Assembly: GCA_016211165.1 (NCBI GenBank)
Contig: JACQSU010000016.1
Location: forward strand, 1-54,283
Length of the DNA: 54,283 nt
Direction of reading: 5' to 3'
Source: Candidatus Woesearchaeota archaeon
GTDB lineage: Archaea; Nanobdellota; Nanobdellia; Woesearchaeales; JAGWAF01
Position numbers and translations under genes: made by a program. Shown here piece by piece: positions 51,649 through 54,283 of this stretch. Within the stretch, counting starts at the first letter, position 1; each line of letters starts with the position of its first letter. The notes below the pieces were generated by a model. It was given only the letters and a program-made list of their open reading frames with translations. It was not told the DNA's origin and made no database searches.

Positions 51649-51923
51649 TAGTCAAGGACTCCGATCGCTGCTACAGGGAATGGGCGTTTGCACATTGTGC
51701 CCAACTCGTCGACTGCCTGTGTCAACTCAATGATTTCGATCGGCGTGACGAGATTGTAGTGCGATAGGTCGTCCTTGAGGGTTCGAGGAGCGTTGGAGGC
51801 AAGGTAGATTTTCTTGATTTTTCCGACCCGCAGCAGCTTCAATGTTCGTTCCGAGCCAAGAATCAGCTTCTTCTGCTCATGGAGTTTCTTGATGTCCCAT
51901 GCGTGGTCGATTGTCTTTGTCAT
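51648..51923 (-). CDS. rpl30e: 50S ribosomal protein eL30
   Basis: ..KLILGSERTLKLLRVGKIKKIYLASNAP.. L7Ae/L30e fold. 1-nt overlap (TAATG) with nusA. Confidence 0.9.
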   Translation of the reverse strand: MTKTIDHAWDIKKLHEQKKLILGSERTLKLLRVGKIKKIYLASNAPRTLKDDLSHYNLVTPIEIIELTQAVDELGTMCKRPFPVAAIGVLD

Positions 51924-51955
51924 GCGTTGAGGAGCCCCGAGTCGCTTTTAAAGCT

Positions 51956-53071
51956 TTACTTCTTCATGCGTAGTTGTGTTAATCCCGTTCCGACGGGGAT
52001 GGGCTGGTTCAACATGACGTTTTCAACGACGCTGTGCAAAGGATCCGTATCGCCGCGTAGTGATGCCTCGATGACGTGTTTGATGGGGGTCTCAAATGAT
52101 GCCCTGGCAAGGACCGAGCTCTTCTCGGACACGACTCCGTATCGTGTGATTCCTTTGACTGCGCCATTGATGGTCATCGTGTCTGCGACAAGCATCACGT
52201 GGCGAGCGTCGACGTTCAATCCTTGTGATTCGATGACCTTGAAGACTTCATTGATGATGGATTGTCGTGCGGCTTCGATTCCGAGTACTACTCCGATCTC
52301 TTGGACGTCATTGGTTGTGGTCCGCGAAGCATCGACAAAGTCGAGCTCGAAGACTTTTTCAAGGTTTGATCCTGCCGTGATGATGATGTACTCGTCTTTT
52401 CGTTTCACAGGCAGGACTTGTCTGATGCCCTTGATTCCTTTGAGGTAGACGTCGCGGATTCTCTCTTTTAGCTTGTAGATCTCATTGACATTGCGTTCTT
52501 CCTTGTCTTTGAGTTTCACTGATACGACATTGCCTTCGGTCTTGATGGTGAGTCCTTTGATGCGTTTGCCGATCTCTGCGGATATTTTCGCAGAGTTGAG
52601 TCCGATCTCTTGCATTTTTTCGTTTGAGAGTTCAACCTCAATGCGGCTCTCAAGAATGTTGAGTGTAAATGAAACGACAAGATCTCCAACAGTGGTCTCT
52701 TTGATGGCCATCGCGAGTTTCTTGATGTCAGGGTTGGTGTTGTGGGGCGCTTTGAGGTAGATCTCCATCATTGGTGTTGCGATTTCTTTTCGCCCGTCGA
52801 GGATTTCGATGATGCGTGGGAGTCCCATCGTGACGTTCATCTCGGCGACTCCTGCGAAGTGGAATGTGTCAAGGGTCATCTGCGTGCCTGGTTCTCCGAT
52901 TGACTCTGCGGCGATCAAGCCCACGCTTTCGCCTGCTTCGACTTGCGCGAATTCGTATTCTTCAAGGACTTCCTTTGCCGCCTTCCCCATCTTGCTCTCG
53001 GGCGCAAGTGCTTTGATCTCTTCGATGAGTTTTGGTGGGAGTTTGTCTTCGTATTCTTTGAGTGTTGCCAT
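51956..53071 (-). CDS. rpoA2: DNA-directed RNA polymerase subunit A''
   Basis: ..[29 protein letters not shown].. (trigger loop) and C-terminal ..PVGTGL..; it directly follows A'. Confidence 0.93.
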   Translation of the reverse strand: MATLKEYEDKLPPKLIEEIKALAPESKMGKAAKEVLEEYEFAQVEAGESVGLIAAESIGEPGTQMTLDTFHFAGVAEMNVTMGLPRIIEILDGRKEIATPMMEIYLKAPHNTNPDIKKLAMAIKETTVGDLVVSFTLNILESRIEVELSNEKMQEIGLNSAKISAEIGKRIKGLTIKTEGNVVSVKLKDKEERNVNEIYKLKERIRDVYLKGIKGIRQVLPVKRKDEYIIITAGSNLEKVFELDFVDASRTTTNDVQEIGVVLGIEAARQSIINEVFKVIESQGLNVDARHVMLVADTMTINGAVKGITRYGVVSEKSSVLARASFETPIKHVIEASLRGDTDPLHSVVENVMLNQPIPVGTGLTQLRMKK

Positions 53072-54283
53072 TTAGATGCTCTCCACGATCTTTTTGACAT
53101 TGATCTTGCCGTTCTCTGATTTGGCGACGTCGATCCCGTCTTCTCCGTAGCGGAATTGGATGATCTTGCCGCCTGCTTCCCTAACAGTGCCGTCATGCTC
53201 GACCCGCAGGTCTTGCAATGCGTTTGCTAATCGTCGGTATAGGTATCCGCTTTTGGGTGTTCGTAGCGCAGTGTCCATCAGCGAGTCTCGTCCGGTGATG
53301 TTGCCCATGAAGAACTCTTTTGGGTTGAGGCCGTGTTTGAATCCTGCGCGGATAAAGCCGCGAGCTTCAGGGGACCGGTCATTCTTGCGGAAGCACGAGA
53401 GCGTCCTGTCGCTATATCCCTGGTCGATGCGTTTGCCGCGCAGGGCTTGCTGTCCGACATTGGCTGCAATTTGGGCAAGGTTAAGCGGGTTTCCTTTGGC
53501 GCCCGATGCCGCCATGATGTGTGTTCCGACGTCTTTGCGTGCGTGTTGGGCGACGATGTCTCCGGCTTTGTTACGTGCTTTGTTAAGGAGCTCAAGGATA
53601 CGTAGTTCGACGGTCTCTGCAGTACTGCGTCCAGGGAATGCTTCGAGTTCTCCGCTTTCGTATTCGCGGATGACATTCTCGACGGCGCGTTCTGCTGTGG
53701 AGAGTGTGTCTGCGATCATTGTTGTGGCGTCTTGGGGTAGGTCCGCGTCTGCGATGCCTGTGCTGAAGCCGTAATAGGTGGTGTATGCTGCGCCAAGGCG
53801 TGAGAATTTTTGCAGAAGATCAATGGCCCTATCAGCGCCGTACTGCTTATGCAACGCTCGCAAGAGCAGTCCTTTTCCCCCACCAAGGGATGCGTTGTCC
53901 ATCACGCCTTTTTCGATGTTTCCTGCCTTGATGATGATTTCTTTGCGGTCCAGGCTCTTGCCTACGAAGGTAAGGTCTTCGGGTAGGAGGACACTAAAGA
54001 TTTCCTTGCCGCTGACCACGTTCTTGTCCGGCAAGCGTGAGAAGTCCGCAACTCCGCTTTGGGTGAGCAGATCGATCGCTTCGTTTCGTGGGAGTGAGGT
54101 TCCGTCCTGGGTCAGAAGGTAGCTTCCCGTGATTGAGTCCAGGAGGCATCCGACGACGGCGAGTCCGTATCCTGGTGAGATAAGTTGTGTTTGGACTTCC
54201 ATGAGGACTTCTGCTTCTGCGCGCGCTTCCTCTGTCTGGGGGATGTGCAGGTTCATCTCGTCTCCGTCGAAGTCGGCGTTGTA
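53072..54283 (-). CDS. rpoA1: DNA-directed RNA polymerase subunit A', C-terminal ~400 aa (5' end outside window)
   Basis: The frame is open to the window edge, which reads YNADFDGDEMN (catalytic Mg motif), followed by LHIPQTEEARAEA, bridge helix ..GREGLMDTALRT-like (GRDSLMDTALRTPKSGY). Confidence 0.95.
   Translation of the reverse strand, partial: YNADFDGDEMNLHIPQTEEARAEAEVLMEVQTQLISPGYGLAVVGCLLDSITGSYLLTQDGTSLPRNEAIDLLTQSGVADFSRLPDKNVVSGKEIFSVLLPEDLTFVGKSLDRKEIIIKAGNIEKGVMDNASLGGGKGLLLRALHKQYGADRAIDLLQKFSRLGAAYTTYYGFSTGIADADLPQDATTMIADTLSTAERAVENVIREYESGELEAFPGRSTAETVELRILELLNKARNKAGDIVAQHARKDVGTHIMAASGAKGNPLNLAQIAANVGQQALRGKRIDQGYSDRTLSCFRKNDRSPEARGFIRAGFKHGLNPKEFFMGNITGRDSLMDTALRTPKSGYLYRRLANALQDLRVEHDGTVREAGGKIIQFRYGEDGIDVAKSENGKINVKKIVESI

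Overview
This is a compact archaeal chromosomal segment of roughly 50% G+C with about 52 protein genes on both strands. Many genes overlap by 1-4 nt, and leaderless TATA promoters are mixed with GGAGG-type ribosome-binding sites. Core informational genes fix the domain as Archaea: TFB, RNA polymerase A' (cut by the window end at the NADFDGDEMN motif), A'' and K, eL30, NusA, uS12, uS7, exosome Rrp4/Rrp41/Rrp42, proteasome alpha, RNase P Pop5, Kae1, and IleRS (cut by the window start). Metabolic and housekeeping genes include threonine synthase, PyrC, PyrD, a Nudix hydrolase, two MFS transporters, an M50 site-2 protease and an S8 subtilase. A large share of the window encodes secreted or membrane proteins of unknown function. 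The gene content and the giant surface protein suggest a small-genome, possibly episymbiotic (DPANN-like) archaeon, but that is inference only. The most unusual locus is a translationally coupled minus-strand operon (37396-46751). It encodes a 674-aa membrane-anchored protein and a 2,162-aa cysteine-rich surface giant, followed by a polytopic membrane protein. The giant has N-terminal Ig-like/FN3 domains, a roughly 1,300-aa unassignable core and a C-terminal MltA/3D-like cell-wall-lytic domain signature. Other notable items:
- a class III nucleotidyl cyclase placed divergently from an ATP-cone/PD-(D/E)xK nuclease;
- a degenerate class-I aaRS-like protein fused to a wHTH;
- an Mtq2-methylase/kinase-like fusion;
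- three interspersed families of short palindromic or MITE-like repeats. One copy sits precisely inside a decayed dehydrogenase gene, and two copies in inverted orientation bracket rps12-rps7.
No rRNA, tRNA or CRISPR array could be recognised by eye. All domain calls are motif recognition from the translated ORFs, not database searches.
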